A stretch of 64,000 nucleotides of DNA from an uncultured virus (IMG/VR IMGVR_UViG_3300020358_000003) (taxonomy: Duplodnaviria; Heunggongvirae; Uroviricota; Caudoviricetes). The stretch is taken from IMG/VR virus record IMGVR_UViG_3300020358_000003; one strand, 5' to 3'. The position numbers were made by a program, and so were the translations under genes. How positions within the stretch are numbered: position 1 is the first letter of the stretch; every line of letters begins with the position of its first letter. The notes below the pieces were generated by a model that was not told the DNA's origin, did not search any database, and saw nothing but the letters and a program-made list of their open reading frames with translations. This document shows positions 46,357-57,257 of this stretch, piece by piece.

Positions 46357-47562
46357 ATGAAAGAAAATAGAATTGATCATATTATAAAATCTAGTTTGGT
46401 AAAAGAAGTTTTACCAGAATATTTTGCCAGTTCTTACCCAAATCTTATAGCATTTATAGAGACCTATTACGATTATATGGATTCTGATGGTCAATTTAAT
46501 GATGTTATTAAAGACTTATATGATATCAGAGATATAGGAACTACTAAACTTTCATATATTGATAATATGTTTGAAGAATTTGCTTTAGGTATGGGTCAAG
46601 AATTTTTTAATGAGCCAAGAGAAGTTCTAAGAAACTTTGCGAAATTTTTTAGAGTTAAAGGTTCGCTATACTCAGCGAAAGGCTTTTTCAGATCATTTTA
46701 TAACGATACTACTAGTGAGATCATATACCCCAAAAAAGACTTATTCATGGTTGGGGATAGTGCTTCTGAAATTGGCGCACATTCCACAAAAGTAATTCAA
46801 GATGGTGGGGTTTATCAAGTTCTTTCGGTACTCATCAGATCAAAAACATCACTTGGAGAATATGAAGATTTTTACAGAAAATTCGTACATCCAGCAGGAT
46901 TTCATCTTGCAGCAGAAATGGAAATTAATACTGATACTTCAGTAACTATAAAGTCAGAAACTCCAACACCCACAGTTGATCCTGATCTAGCAATAGAGGA
47001 TTCAAGTCATAAATTTTCTATGGAACATATTGCTTTAGGTTGCACCGCGATTGTGCCTTCTGGAAACTGTGTTATAATAGAGGCAAATAGTGGTTCATAT
47101 GATCAAGATAAAATTCTTTACATAGATGACTCGTCTGGAATGCTGGAGTGGGGATTATCATATGATGCTTCTATTGGTAATATGTATGGCCCAACTGGAT
47201 TTAGTCCAAGTCTTATTACTCATGAAAGAGTGAATAGTAAACCTTTAACACAAATACAATCTTCTATAGATTCTAATTACTATGCGTCTGGTAATCATTT
47301 TAGAGATCATAGTTTGGATAGTATTGATATTGGCACACTTACCGTTCAAAACTTTTGTTTTCAATCGGCGGCGGCTAATGCGCCTTATGACAGTGTAGGA
47401 AATTCCCTTAATTTTCCAGCACCAAGATATAGAACAATTAAAGAGTTTTGTGACTGTAAAGGTGATTCTAACTATATAAATACAAAGTATAGCATAGGTT
47501 CAACTCTTATAAGTGATATTAAGGGAAAAACAATACAAGAAACTAAGGACGCTTTAATCTAA
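46357..47562 (+). CDS. baseplate wedge protein (gp7-like)
   Basis: LPEYF...YP, FF..KGS, VHPAGF; lies between gp6 and gp8. Confidence 0.65.
   Translation: MKENRIDHIIKSSLVKEVLPEYFASSYPNLIAFIETYYDYMDSDGQFNDVIKDLYDIRDIGTTKLSYIDNMFEEFALGMGQEFFNEPREVLRNFAKFFRVKGSLYSAKGFFRSFYNDTTSEIIYPKKDLFMVGDSASEIGAHSTKVIQDGGVYQVLSVLIRSKTSLGEYEDFYRKFVHPAGFHLAAEMEINTDTSVTIKSETPTPTVDPDLAIEDSSHKFSMEHIALGCTAIVPSGNCVIIEANSGSYDQDKILYIDDSSGMLEWGLSYDASIGNMYGPTGFSPSLITHERVNSKPLTQIQSSIDSNYYASGNHFRDHSLDSIDIGTLTVQNFCFQSAAANAPYDSVGNSLNFPAPRYRTIKEFCDCKGDSNYINTKYSIGSTLISDIKGKTIQETKDALI
47475..47482 (+). promoter_or_regulatory. T4-type late promoter
   Basis: TATAAATA about 95 nt upstream of gp8. Confidence 0.55.
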
Positions 47563-47575
47563 AGTAGGAAATAAT

Positions 47576-48952
47576 ATGGCATCAATTGTAACGGAAACAC
47601 TCAAGCAAGAACTAATTCAACCAGTGTTGAAAAATATTACTACTGGTGTTAGTCCATCTTTTTATCTAGGATTATCAAAATCTCAATCTTGGGGAAATGG
47701 TTCTGATGCAGCACCAACACCAAGAAATGATGTTGATGAGGAAAATGATTTCAGAAAAGGATTACAGAGTATAATAAAGATTAATTCTGCATCACTTGTT
47801 GTTAAAAGACAAAATTGGACAACTGGTGTGACTTATGCTCAATACGATGATGAGAGAACTATGAGCCAATATGATTCTGATGGTATACCATATTATATTA
47901 TGACTGACGCTCAAGATGTTTATATTTGTTTTGTAACTGGTAGAGATGCGAATGGTGCAACCGTTCCATCAACTGTAAAACCAACTGGACAAAATAATCA
48001 TGTATTTGGAACTACTGATGGTTATAGATGGAAATTTGTATATAGCGTTTCTCCTTTAGAAGCAAACTATTATATGACGCAAGATTGGATGCCTGTTAGA
48101 CACATAGAGAGTGTGGATTCAAACTCAACTGGCGCAGAAAACAAACAATATGCAGTTCAACAAACTTCTAGACGTAGTGAAATCACTTCATTTATTGTAG
48201 ATAGTGGCGGGTTAAATTACACAGATTCTTGTAGAATACAAGTTAATGGTGTGATTGATGCTAATATATTAGTGAAAACTAGTGGAGGTGTAATAAAAAA
48301 TATTCTGTTCGCCGCAGATTCTAGTACTTTTCACACTAAAGAAGATTTAGATGGTGCGATATTAACAACTGTGCATGGTACTGGTACAACAGCATCAATC
48401 AGACCAGTATTTTCAAATGCAAACGGTATAGGTGCTAATGCTTCTGTTGATTTACGTGCTAAATCTATGATGGTAAATTCAAAAATTACTGGAAACCAAA
48501 CAGACTTCATAAATGGGCAAGATTTCAGACAAATTGGAATCATGAAAAATGTAAAAGACTCTCATGGATCAACTGGTAAATTTTTTGCTGATAATTCTGG
48601 AAATGCTCTATATCAAATGAAGGTAACACCAAGCGTAGGATTTACAAAAGATAGATATGTTGTAGGTGCCACAAGTGGCGCGAGAGCATTTCTTGACAAT
48701 GTAGTTGATAGCAATCTATTTTATCATCAATTTGACTCAACAGGTTATATTTCGTTTGTTGACGGTGAAACTGTTAATGAGGATGGTGGGTCTGGAAGCG
48801 GTGTCATATCTTCTAACTCTTCCAAAATTAAACCAGAGGTACACCCAAGGTCTGGTGATGTTTTATACATAGATAATAGAGCAGCAGTACAAAGAGTTGC
48901 AAACCAAACTGAAGATATTAAAATAGTTATTAAACTAGACAAATGTACTTGA
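47576..48952 (+). CDS. gp8: baseplate wedge subunit gp8
   Basis: R.NWT.G..Y..YDD, VYIC, PSTVKPT, DGYRWKF, SGDVLYIDNR...R...Q.EDIKIVI. Confidence 0.88.
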   Translation: MASIVTETLKQELIQPVLKNITTGVSPSFYLGLSKSQSWGNGSDAAPTPRNDVDEENDFRKGLQSIIKINSASLVVKRQNWTTGVTYAQYDDERTMSQYDSDGIPYYIMTDAQDVYICFVTGRDANGATVPSTVKPTGQNNHVFGTTDGYRWKFVYSVSPLEANYYMTQDWMPVRHIESVDSNSTGAENKQYAVQQTSRRSEITSFIVDSGGLNYTDSCRIQVNGVIDANILVKTSGGVIKNILFAADSSTFHTKEDLDGAILTTVHGTGTTASIRPVFSNANGIGANASVDLRAKSMMVNSKITGNQTDFINGQDFRQIGIMKNVKDSHGSTGKFFADNSGNALYQMKVTPSVGFTKDRYVVGATSGARAFLDNVVDSNLFYHQFDSTGYISFVDGETVNEDGGSGSGVISSNSSKIKPEVHPRSGDVLYIDNRAAVQRVANQTEDIKIVIKLDKCT

Positions 48953-48967
48953 TAGAAAGAAACTATA

Positions 48968-49921
48968 ATGGTTAAGACATTCACCACAAATACTTTTGCA
49001 AATGTTTATAGTGATGACTACGATGAAGATAAAAGTTTTCAACGTATCCTCTTTAACAATAAAAAAGCATTACAAGCAAGAGAACTTACTCAACTTCAAA
49101 CTATTATTCAAGAGGGTATAAACCGCTTCGGAAAAAATATATTTAAAGAAGGTGCGGCGGTTTCTGCTGGTGGTGTTGCAATTAATAATAGATATAGATT
49201 TATTAAATTGGATACATCTATAAATGCACTACCAGCCAACCCAAGTTCTTTAGTTGGTAAATCTTTTGTTGGGCAAACTTCTGGAGTGACTGTAAAAATA
49301 TTAGAAGTTGTGTTAGCAGCATCCCCAGACCCTGCGACAATATATGTTCAATACACAAATACTCTTAGTGGGGCATCTTCAACTGAAACGATTAACGTCA
49401 CACCATCAGAAGAATTAGTTGAAAATAATGGATCAACTCGTTTTATAGTTCAAACAACTAATACGACAGTTAATCCAGCATTTGGTTTTGGAACTAGATT
49501 TTCAAGTGCAAGTCAAGACTTTTTTACACAAGGTTTTTTTGTTCATGCCTCTCAGCAAGAAATAATAATTTCAAAATATACCAATGATATCTCAAAGGTG
49601 GTTGGTTTTAGAGTAGAGCAAGATATTGTCACAGTAGATGACGATGTTACTTTATACGATAATCAAGGTAGTGTTCCAAACCAAACCGCACCTGGCGCAG
49701 ATAGATTTAGAATTAAATTAGTACTTACGACTCAAGACCTTATAACATCAGGACAAACATTCGTGTATATCGCCAATGTTGTAAATTCAAAAATAACAGA
49801 AAGAGTTACTGGATTAAATCAATATAATTTGATTAACGATTTAATGGCAGTTAGAACAAATGATGAGTCTGGAGATTACACAGTTACACCGTTTTTCATA
49901 AGATTCGAGGATAGCGCATAA
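48968..49921 (+). CDS. virion structural protein, VrlC/DUF4815-like, N-terminal part
   Basis: Y.DDYD.DK.F.RILF, LQARELTQLQ, APGADRF, RTNDESGDY.V.PF. Confidence 0.8.
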   Translation: MVKTFTTNTFANVYSDDYDEDKSFQRILFNNKKALQARELTQLQTIIQEGINRFGKNIFKEGAAVSAGGVAINNRYRFIKLDTSINALPANPSSLVGKSFVGQTSGVTVKILEVVLAASPDPATIYVQYTNTLSGASSTETINVTPSEELVENNGSTRFIVQTTNTTVNPAFGFGTRFSSASQDFFTQGFFVHASQQEIIISKYTNDISKVVGFRVEQDIVTVDDDVTLYDNQGSVPNQTAPGADRFRIKLVLTTQDLITSGQTFVYIANVVNSKITERVTGLNQYNLINDLMAVRTNDESGDYTVTPFFIRFEDSA

Positions 49922-52900
49922 TGGCGAAGATTAAACTAAGGGTTTCTCCCGGTAAAGCATATGTTAATGGTTACAAAATACAGAAAAATATTCCTACATT
50001 TTTATCTGTAAGTAAAGCAACTGCAACCGAAACTATTATAAATGATAGTGTTGGTGCAGCATACGGACATTATGTTATTATTTCGGTTTCTGGTCTAAAA
50101 GGTATTCCAAATATATCGGAACTTGGTGTTGTTCACGTTAAGGATAGTGTTGATTGGGGTGGTAATACTGTTGGTAGTTGTAGAGTTAGAGCAATTGAAA
50201 AATATGATGAAATAGTAGATTCTTCTGGTGTAGCGGTGGTCGCATATAAACTTTATATCTTTGATCTCCAAATGAACTCTACAAAATTCTTTTCTACTGA
50301 TGCAAAGAGTGTTGGTTTAACCACTAGTGATTATGCTAACATATATCAAGAAAACTCTAGGTCTATTATTCATGGCACAAACAATAAAGGACTTCTTTTC
50401 TCAACATCAAATATCAGAGCAAAAGCGGTAACAAATCTATCAATTTATCAACAGAAGAAATTTGCGGCAACTCTCTCAGCAGGTTCTACAACATTAACTT
50501 TCACTTGTGCATCTGGTGAAGTCTTTTCTGATATATCCGATTGGATTGTATCAAATGGTTCTGGTACTATTCAATCGCACAGCGTGACTAGTGGAAGCCT
50601 TAACTCTTCATCAGCAACTATTAATAGTTTAGTCGCTACAGATACGAGTATAGATGAAACATTCACGATTATTGCTTATGTGTATAAAGCATCTGCCACT
50701 CTCGCATCAAAAACAAAACAAACTGGAACAAGAAATTATACGGTTGCTTGGACTGCTGGTGCTACTAATGTCTCAGTGGATTTAAATGAAGTTGATATTA
50801 TATCTGTTCCAGAAATTAGATATGGTGATGAAACTGGCGATATTATTACTGATAAATTTATATTGGATAATGGGCAGAGGGATGCCTTTTATGAAACTGG
50901 AAAATTAAGATTAAAAAATGGTCACTCTTTAGATAACACTACCATTTGGGTTTCATTTACATATTTTGAACATGGTCAAGGAGATTACTTTGCACCTAAT
51001 TCCTATGTTGGTGCTGGGTTTACTTATGATAATATTCAAACATATACTATGGAAAATGGCTCAGAAGTTGATTTAAAAGACGTTATTGATATGAGACCAT
51101 CCAAAGGCCAAAGTGGTAATAATTTCACTCATTCATCTGCAAGAGTTCCAGCAATTCCGAAACCAACATCTCTTATGACAGGAGATATTGAGTATTATTT
51201 GCCAAGATATGATAAATTAATAGTTCAACAATCTGGAGAATTTAAGTATATTGAAGGAACACCATCGTTTAGTCCAAAATTTCCAGATGTTCCATCAAAC
51301 TCTATGGAAATTTATCGTGTGAGGGTCAATCCATTTACATTGAATAGTAAAGATTTAACTTTCAGCATGATTGAAAATAAACGATATACTATGCGTGATA
51401 TTGGTAAAATTGATAAGAGAGTGGATGACTTAGAAGAACAAGTAACACTTTCTTTGCTTGAAGTTGATACTAAAAACATTCAAGTGTTGGATGAAAATGG
51501 AAATCCTAGAACCAAAACTGGTTTCGTTGCGGATAATTTTTCTGATCAAAGTCATATAGATGTAAAAAATCAAGAATATAAAGGGTCAATTGATCCCCAA
51601 GAACAATTCGCAAGACCAAAATTTAGCGCAAATAATATTGGCTTAGTTTATGATGATGCGCTTTCTACTAGAACTACTATAGTTGGTGATAATATTTATT
51701 TAGATTACACACATGCTGATTATTTAGAACAGAGTTTGGCATCTGGAACTGAAAATGTTAATCCATTTATGGTTATAGGATTTAGAGGGCATGTTAAAAT
51801 GTCTCCATCTAGTGATGATTGGAAAGAGGTTGAATATCTCGCTGATAATATGATTGATGGTGGTACAAGACTTAATACTGATGCAGCAGTTCTTTGGAAT
51901 GAATGGGAATGGAACTGGGGCGGTTCTGATTTAAATGGCCTTGATGTTGGTTCGGAAACAACTCAAACAGGTGTCACAGGTGAGCAAGCATTTACTGATG
52001 TAAGTCAATTTACTACTCGCAGTGGAGCATTTGGTACAAGTCGTAGACATTGGAGAAGAACTACTACAGGAGTTGAAAGAACAAACACTACAGTTGTAAA
52101 TAGAATTATCGGAAGCAGTACTGTTAATGAAGTTGTTGGTGATAGACTCGTTCAATGGGCATTTATTCCATTCATGCGTTCTAAAATGATTTTCTTTAGG
52201 GCGGCTGGGCTTCAACCAAATACCGAAATGTTTGCATTTTTTGATCAGATTTCTGTTGCTGATTGGGTTAAACAAGAATCATTTAACGCATATAATTCTC
52301 ATAAACAAACTGAATATGGTAACAGTCAAGTAAACGCAACATCTCATCCTAGTGGTTCATCTAAATTATATAGTGATGGTAATGGTCAAGTTGAAGGATC
52401 ATTTTTTATCCCAAGCACAGATGCTATTAGATTTAAAACTGGTAGTATAGAATTTAAACTAACTGATATAACAAGTGTAGATGATAGTAAAGCAATAACT
52501 ACTGCCTCTGGAATCTTTATTTCTACAGGAGTATTAGATACTAGACAAGAGGATGTTGAATCAACTAGAGTATTAGAAGTTGTCGGAACAACTACTGAAA
52601 GGGTTGATAGAGAAGTCACTGGATCAAATACCGTAAGAATTGATCCTCTTGCACAATCATTTACAGTTAATGAAGAAACTGGAGTATTCATTACTAAAGC
52701 CACATTGTATTTTAAACAAAAAAGTTCCAATATGCCTGTTTGGATTCAAATGAGGCCAATGGTAAACGGTTTTCCATCTTCTGATGTAATTCTTCCTGGT
52801 TCTCAAAAACTACTAACATCTTCTCAAGTTTCTATAAGTGCAGATGCTACTGTTGGAACAACATTTGAATTTGATGAACCAATTTATTTAAAAGGTAATA

Positions 52901-54255
52901 CTGATTATGCTATAGTTTGTTTAACAGATAATACTGATTATTTACTTTATACTTCAAAGGTTGGTGAGTTTGTTTTAGGTACTACAGAAGAAAAAATAAA
53001 CAGACAACCATTTTTAGGATCACTATTTAAATCGCAAAATAGCGTAACTTGGGAAGCAGCACAATGGGAAGATATGAAATTCAAATTGGAAAGAGCGTCT
53101 TTTGATACAACTGGCGGTATTGCTACTCTCAAAAACGCTAATGTACCTGTAAGAGTTCTAAGTAATAATCCTATTACGTTGTTCGCAAAGGGCGCACCCA
53201 CAACTGTTGTTGGTAAAACAACTATTAAGGTAAATGCTCCACATCACGGATTAATTATTGGTGATAGTGTTGTAATATCAGGGGTGGTAGATGCAACATA
53301 TGGTGTTGCTGTTAACAATGGTGGTACAGCACATACTGTAACAGAAATTGATGCTAGTAGTTTTGCGTTTGTCTCTGCTGCCTCTGCAATAACTACACCT
53401 GCTGGAACTGCGGCAAGCGGAACACCGTTATCTCCAATTTTAACTGGTGGAGTTGCTGTAACTATAACACCACAATATTCTTACAATTTGGCTTGGCCTA
53501 ATATTGAAACTTTATCGCCTATAAATTCATCTATTAATTTTACAGAAAAAGGTATTAGTGGAAAATCTTATGCTGGTAGTGAATCTCCATATGTTCAATA
53601 CTCAACAGCAACAGCACTTATACCAAAATATAATAACTATTATGCTTTCCCAAGATCAATAGCACATTCTACAAGAGAAGGTAGTATGGGCCACTCTTCA
53701 CTTCTCGTTTATGGAACCATGACAACTACTTCAAACTTTGTTTCGCCAGTAATTGATATGCAAAGAGCATCTGTTAATCTAATTGAAAATATTATTGATA
53801 GTCCAGTTTCACAAGCGACTAGTGGCGGTAGTAAGGTTGTTCTTGATGTTGCAACATCTGGATATGAAACATATATACCAGAAACTGATGCCCTAAACGG
53901 ATCAGCATCTGCAAAACATATCACGAAATCTGTAAGATTATTATCTCCTGCAAATGGATTGAAAGTTTTTGCTGGTATTAATAAACCATCTGTTTGTGAA
54001 GTTGAGTTGTATTATAAAGCACAAATGGGTGACGTTGAGTTTGACAGTGTTCCTTGGAATTTAGCAACAGTAGATACTGCTATGCCAAGCGATGATGATA
54101 ATATTACATTTAGGGAATATATTTACACTATTGGTGGGGATACAGGCACAATGCCTGATTTTACTAAATTTAAATTAAAAATAGTAATGAAATCAACAAA
54201 TTCTTCCAGAGTTCCAGCCATCCGCGATTTAAGAGCAATAAGTTTAGGTGATTGA
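49921..54255 (+). CDS. virion structural protein, VrlC/DUF4815-like, C-terminal part
   Basis: VSPGKAYVNGY, DNGQRD, RYTMRDIG.I..R, GFVADNF, DPLAQSF, GSLFKSQN, SPVID. Confidence 0.85.
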   Translation: MAKIKLRVSPGKAYVNGYKIQKNIPTFLSVSKATATETIINDSVGAAYGHYVIISVSGLKGIPNISELGVVHVKDSVDWGGNTVGSCRVRAIEKYDEIVDSSGVAVVAYKLYIFDLQMNSTKFFSTDAKSVGLTTSDYANIYQENSRSIIHGTNNKGLLFSTSNIRAKAVTNLSIYQQKKFAATLSAGSTTLTFTCASGEVFSDISDWIVSNGSGTIQSHSVTSGSLNSSSATINSLVATDTSIDETFTIIAYVYKASATLASKTKQTGTRNYTVAWTAGATNVSVDLNEVDIISVPEIRYGDETGDIITDKFILDNGQRDAFYETGKLRLKNGHSLDNTTIWVSFTYFEHGQGDYFAPNSYVGAGFTYDNIQTYTMENGSEVDLKDVIDMRPSKGQSGNNFTHSSARVPAIPKPTSLMTGDIEYYLPRYDKLIVQQSGEFKYIEGTPSFSPKFPDVPSNSMEIYRVRVNPFTLNSKDLTFSMIENKRYTMRDIGKIDKRVDDLEEQVTLSLLEVDTKNIQVLDENGNPRTKTGFVADNFSDQSHIDVKNQEYKGSIDPQEQFARPKFSANNIGLVYDDALSTRTTIVGDNIYLDYTHADYLEQSLASGTENVNPFMVIGFRGHVKMSPSSDDWKEVEYLADNMIDGGTRLNTDAAVLWNEWEWNWGGSDLNGLDVGSETTQTGVTGEQAFTDVSQFTTRSGAFGTSRRHWRRTTTGVERTNTTVVNRIIGSSTVNEVVGDRLVQWAFIPFMRSKMIFFRAAGLQPNTEMFAFFDQISVADWVKQESFNAYNSHKQTEYGNSQVNATSHPSGSSKLYSDGNGQVEGSFFIPSTDAIRFKTGSIEFKLTDITSVDDSKAITTASGIFISTGVLDTRQEDVESTRVLEVVGTTTERVDREVTGSNTVRIDPLAQSFTVNEETGVFITKATLYFKQKSSNMPVWIQMRPMVNGFPSSDVILPGSQKLLTSSQVSISADATVGTTFEFDEPIYLKGNTDYAIVCLTDNTDYLLYTSKVGEFVLGTTEEKINRQPFLGSLFKSQNSVTWEAAQWEDMKFKLERASFDTTGGIATLKNANVPVRVLSNNPITLFAKGAPTTVVGKTTIKVNAPHHGLIIGDSVVISGVVDATYGVAVNNGGTAHTVTEIDASSFAFVSAASAITTPAGTAASGTPLSPILTGGVAVTITPQYSYNLAWPNIETLSPINSSINFTEKGISGKSYAGSESPYVQYSTATALIPKYNNYYAFPRSIAHSTREGSMGHSSLLVYGTMTTTSNFVSPVIDMQRASVNLIENIIDSPVSQATSGGSKVVLDVATSGYETYIPETDALNGSASAKHITKSVRLLSPANGLKVFAGINKPSVCEVELYYKAQMGDVEFDSVPWNLATVDTAMPSDDDNITFREYIYTIGGDTGTMPDFTKFKLKIVMKSTNSSRVPAIRDLRAISLGD

Positions 54256-54256
54256 T

Positions 54257-54466
54257 ATGTTATTTTCTAAAATTCAAGGCGAAAAAAATTACGTTAAAGA
54301 TTTAGAATCTGGTGCTATAATTAATAGTGATTGCGTAGAAATTGAAAAAGCGAAGGTAAGAAAGAAAAAGATGCGAGAAGAAAAAGAAGAATTTCAAGTA
54401 TTAAAATCAGAAGTGGCAGATATGAAAAATCTGCTTGTAGAAATTTCCAGAAAGTTAGGTGACTAA
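54257..54466 (+). CDS. small coiled-coil hypothetical protein
   Basis: KD..SGAIIN...LKSEVADMK.LL; typical position after the VrlC-like gene. Confidence 0.7.
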   Translation: MLFSKIQGEKNYVKDLESGAIINSDCVEIEKAKVRKKKMREEKEEFQVLKSEVADMKNLLVEISRKLGD

Positions 54467-55668
54467 TGGCTAGATTAGAAAATGTTGATCTCAGTAATTC
54501 AGTAAATGCTTGGAGAATGAAAACAAATCTTACCGCATCTTATGTTGGTGATTTGGATGATTTAAATACCACTGACAGTGGAAGTATTGTAGGTGCAGTA
54601 AATTCAATTCAAACTAAATTTGCTGTTAATGGTGAGGTGCAAGGATTAGCAAGAACTGCATTAGCATTATCAACTGGTGGGTCTGGTACATATTCAAGTT
54701 TATCTTATGTAGATTCAGCAGGAATTGGTGGAGGGGTTTTCACGTTTACTTGTAATCCACTCACGGCAAGCGATATTCCTAATTTAGATGCTGGAAAACT
54801 AACAACTGGAACTATTAATCCATCATTAATACCAGCAATAGATGCTGGGGTTATAACAACTGGAACATTAGCAACTGCGAGATTACCATATCTATCTGCA
54901 AATCAAACCACTGCTGGGCAATTTGATAGTGATCGTATCCCATCTTTACACGCTAATAAAATTAATAGGGGAACTTTTTTAATCGGAAGAATACCTGATA
55001 TTCCTTCTAGTAAAGTAGTGAGTGATGGTACTACAATACCATTAGAAGCAATGGACCCATCACTTGTAAGAAATAATCTTTCCACATCATACACTGGTAC
55101 AAGAGTATATAATGGAACTAGCACTTTTTACAATACGGTTACTGTTGGGACTTCTGCTCTTCCTGTTACATCAACATTTAATGGTCAAATAAATCACGCT
55201 GGGCATATTATTCCAGACACAGATAACTCTTACAGTGTGGGTAGTTCATCATTTAAATACGCAAATATGTATGCGACAACATTTAATGGTAATGCTACGT
55301 CTGCTAATTTCGCTGACCTTGCGGAGAAATATACCACAGATGAAGATTATCCAATAGGAACTGTTATGATGGTTAATTTTGATACTAATGGTGAAACTAC
55401 AAAATGCGGCAATTCTGGTATTCCAGTTGGGGTTATCTCAGCAGAACCAGCGTTTTTAATGAACGCTGAAGCAGAAGGACAAGCACTTGCTCTTAAAGGT
55501 AGGGTTCCTGTTAGAGTATGTGGTCAAATTAGAAAAGGTGAGGCTGTTTATACTTGGAAAAATGGGTGTGGTAGTACAGAATTTAATGGCGCACATATGA
55601 TTGGAATATCACTTGAGACCAGTGATATTGAAGATGAAAAAATGATTGAGTGTGTTCTTAAACTTTAA
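54466..55668 (+). CDS. tail fibre protein with a C-terminal intramolecular chaperone (peptidase G2-like) domain
   Basis: About five 17-aa IPxLxAxKxTxG repeats; ADLAEKY...GVIS..PA..MN...ALKGRVPV. Confidence 0.75.
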   Translation: MARLENVDLSNSVNAWRMKTNLTASYVGDLDDLNTTDSGSIVGAVNSIQTKFAVNGEVQGLARTALALSTGGSGTYSSLSYVDSAGIGGGVFTFTCNPLTASDIPNLDAGKLTTGTINPSLIPAIDAGVITTGTLATARLPYLSANQTTAGQFDSDRIPSLHANKINRGTFLIGRIPDIPSSKVVSDGTTIPLEAMDPSLVRNNLSTSYTGTRVYNGTSTFYNTVTVGTSALPVTSTFNGQINHAGHIIPDTDNSYSVGSSSFKYANMYATTFNGNATSANFADLAEKYTTDEDYPIGTVMMVNFDTNGETTKCGNSGIPVGVISAEPAFLMNAEAEGQALALKGRVPVRVCGQIRKGEAVYTWKNGCGSTEFNGAHMIGISLETSDIEDEKMIECVLKL

Positions 55669-55676
55669 ATTGTCTA

Positions 55677-55705
55677 TTGACATTCTAAATTATAAGGTTT
55701 ATAAT
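55677..55705 (+). promoter_or_regulatory. consensus sigma70 promoter of the rSAM/oxygenase cluster
   Basis: TTGACA-17-TATAAT, then AAGGA RBS. Confidence 0.85.
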
Positions 55706-55731
55706 AACTTTAGTCATTAAAGGATTTTGTT

Positions 55732-56250
55732 ATGATCACCAAAAGTCAATTCTTGAGTATAATCTCAAGTGATATTGCTTATGAGCAAAATATGGTCTAT
55801 GCCATAGACGAAAATGGTAGAGAACATCTCATGAAAAATTTTGCAGATACACTTGCAAATAAAGATACAAATTCAATAAAAATTGAAAGAATGGAAGCAT
55901 ACAACTCGGAAATTTTTTCCTATTGTTTAGAACTAGAAGATATGTATGAGCATAATGGCCCAATAACATGTCATTTATTTTATGCTGAAAAAAATGCTCA
56001 TTCATTCAAAAAACATACTGATCCAGATAATGTTGTTATATATTGTTGTGAAGGTATGAAAACTATAGCAATGGAAGGTCATACTATGGGTGGTGAGCCA
56101 GTATTTACTTTGAAGGCAGGTGCAATACTACATATTCCTGCGAATACTCTTCACCAAGCATTTAATGAACATGAGGCACTTACTTTGAGTTTTGGCTTAG
56201 AAAAATTTATAGAGGATAAAATGAATAGTGTTTTGGTCAGTATACCTTAA
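55732..56250 (+). CDS. JmjC/cupin-4-like oxygenase
   Basis: SFKKHTD (HxD), EG.K, HIPANTLH, LSFG. Confidence 0.75.
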   Translation: MITKSQFLSIISSDIAYEQNMVYAIDENGREHLMKNFADTLANKDTNSIKIERMEAYNSEIFSYCLELEDMYEHNGPITCHLFYAEKNAHSFKKHTDPDNVVIYCCEGMKTIAMEGHTMGGEPVFTLKAGAILHIPANTLHQAFNEHEALTLSFGLEKFIEDKMNSVLVSIP

Positions 56251-57247
56251 AACCACAGAAACTTGTCAATTAAACTGTAAGCACTGTTTTACTTCTGGTA
56301 GCAATGGTGCTAAAATTTATTGGAATACTGATAAGATAGTTGATTGGATACATAGATTTCGTGAAGAAAAACCTGCAAAGGGTGATGGTATTCATTTAGA
56401 GTTTCATGGAGGCGAACCATTTCTTGTACCTGTAGGGCAAATGAGAAAGGTGTATGATGCTTGTGATGGTCTTTGGGATAATATGAGTTGGGGAGCCACA
56501 ACCAATTTAGTGTATAAATTAAAAGATCAGCATAGAGAATTTATAAAAGGTCCACTTAGAAATAGGTTAGGAACTTCATGGGACCGTAAGATAAGATTTG
56601 ATAATCAAAAACAATATAACTTGTGGCATAAAAACGTCAAGTCTCTTTTAGCAGATGGTGTAACTATACGTTTGTTTATTAGTCTTACTAAAGATACTTT
56701 AGAAAAAGACCCTATTGTATTATTAAGATGGTGTAGAAGATTGGGAGTTCAAGAGGTATCTTTAGAGAGATTGACCAATAATGGTTCAGCGCGTGAAGCA
56801 TCAGAAATATTTCCATCAAATAAAGAGTTAGATGCTTATTTTTTGAAAATGCACCAGCAAAGTGAAGAATATGGAGCGCGAGATTGGTTTGAAAATGATT
56901 TTTTTGAAAATATATATGCTAAATTTGAAAAAACTCTTACGACATGTGGTACTTTTTGTAGAGATTGCGAAACAAAACTATTCACGATAAATGGTGATGG
57001 TACAATAAGTGGTTGTCCAAATTCAGCACCAGAATTTCAGTTTGGAACTTTAGATGATCCCATTAAAACTCTTATAAATAGTCCTAGAAGAATAAGAACT
57101 ATCATTGAAGAAAAAATGAGAAACCCCAATTGTCTTTCTTGTCCTGTTGCGAAATATTGTGGTGGCGATTGTCATCAATTAGGATGGGAAGGTGATGTGT
57201 GTGGCGCACCTAAAAGTTTAATGATGGAATTGGCAAAGAATGTCTAG
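56228..57247 (+). CDS. radical SAM/SPASM domain protein
   Basis: CQLNCKHC, FHGGEP, CRDC...DG...GCP, CLSC....YCGGDC...C. Confidence 0.92.
   Translation: MFWSVYLKTTETCQLNCKHCFTSGSNGAKIYWNTDKIVDWIHRFREEKPAKGDGIHLEFHGGEPFLVPVGQMRKVYDACDGLWDNMSWGATTNLVYKLKDQHREFIKGPLRNRLGTSWDRKIRFDNQKQYNLWHKNVKSLLADGVTIRLFISLTKDTLEKDPIVLLRWCRRLGVQEVSLERLTNNGSAREASEIFPSNKELDAYFLKMHQQSEEYGARDWFENDFFENIYAKFEKTLTTCGTFCRDCETKLFTINGDGTISGCPNSAPEFQFGTLDDPIKTLINSPRRIRTIIEEKMRNPNCLSCPVAKYCGGDCHQLGWEGDVCGAPKSLMMELAKNV
57073..57080 (+). promoter_or_regulatory. possible internal T4-type late promoter
   Basis: TATAAATA about 180 nt upstream of ORF 57258; could be chance in AT-rich DNA. Confidence 0.4.
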
Positions 57248-57257
57248 GAGATAAAGA

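Noticed and set aside
54760..55020. 17-aa repeats in the tail fibre as a novel repeat or DGR target
   Set aside because: These are ordinary fibre shaft repeats; no reverse transcriptase or template/variable repeat pair is seen.
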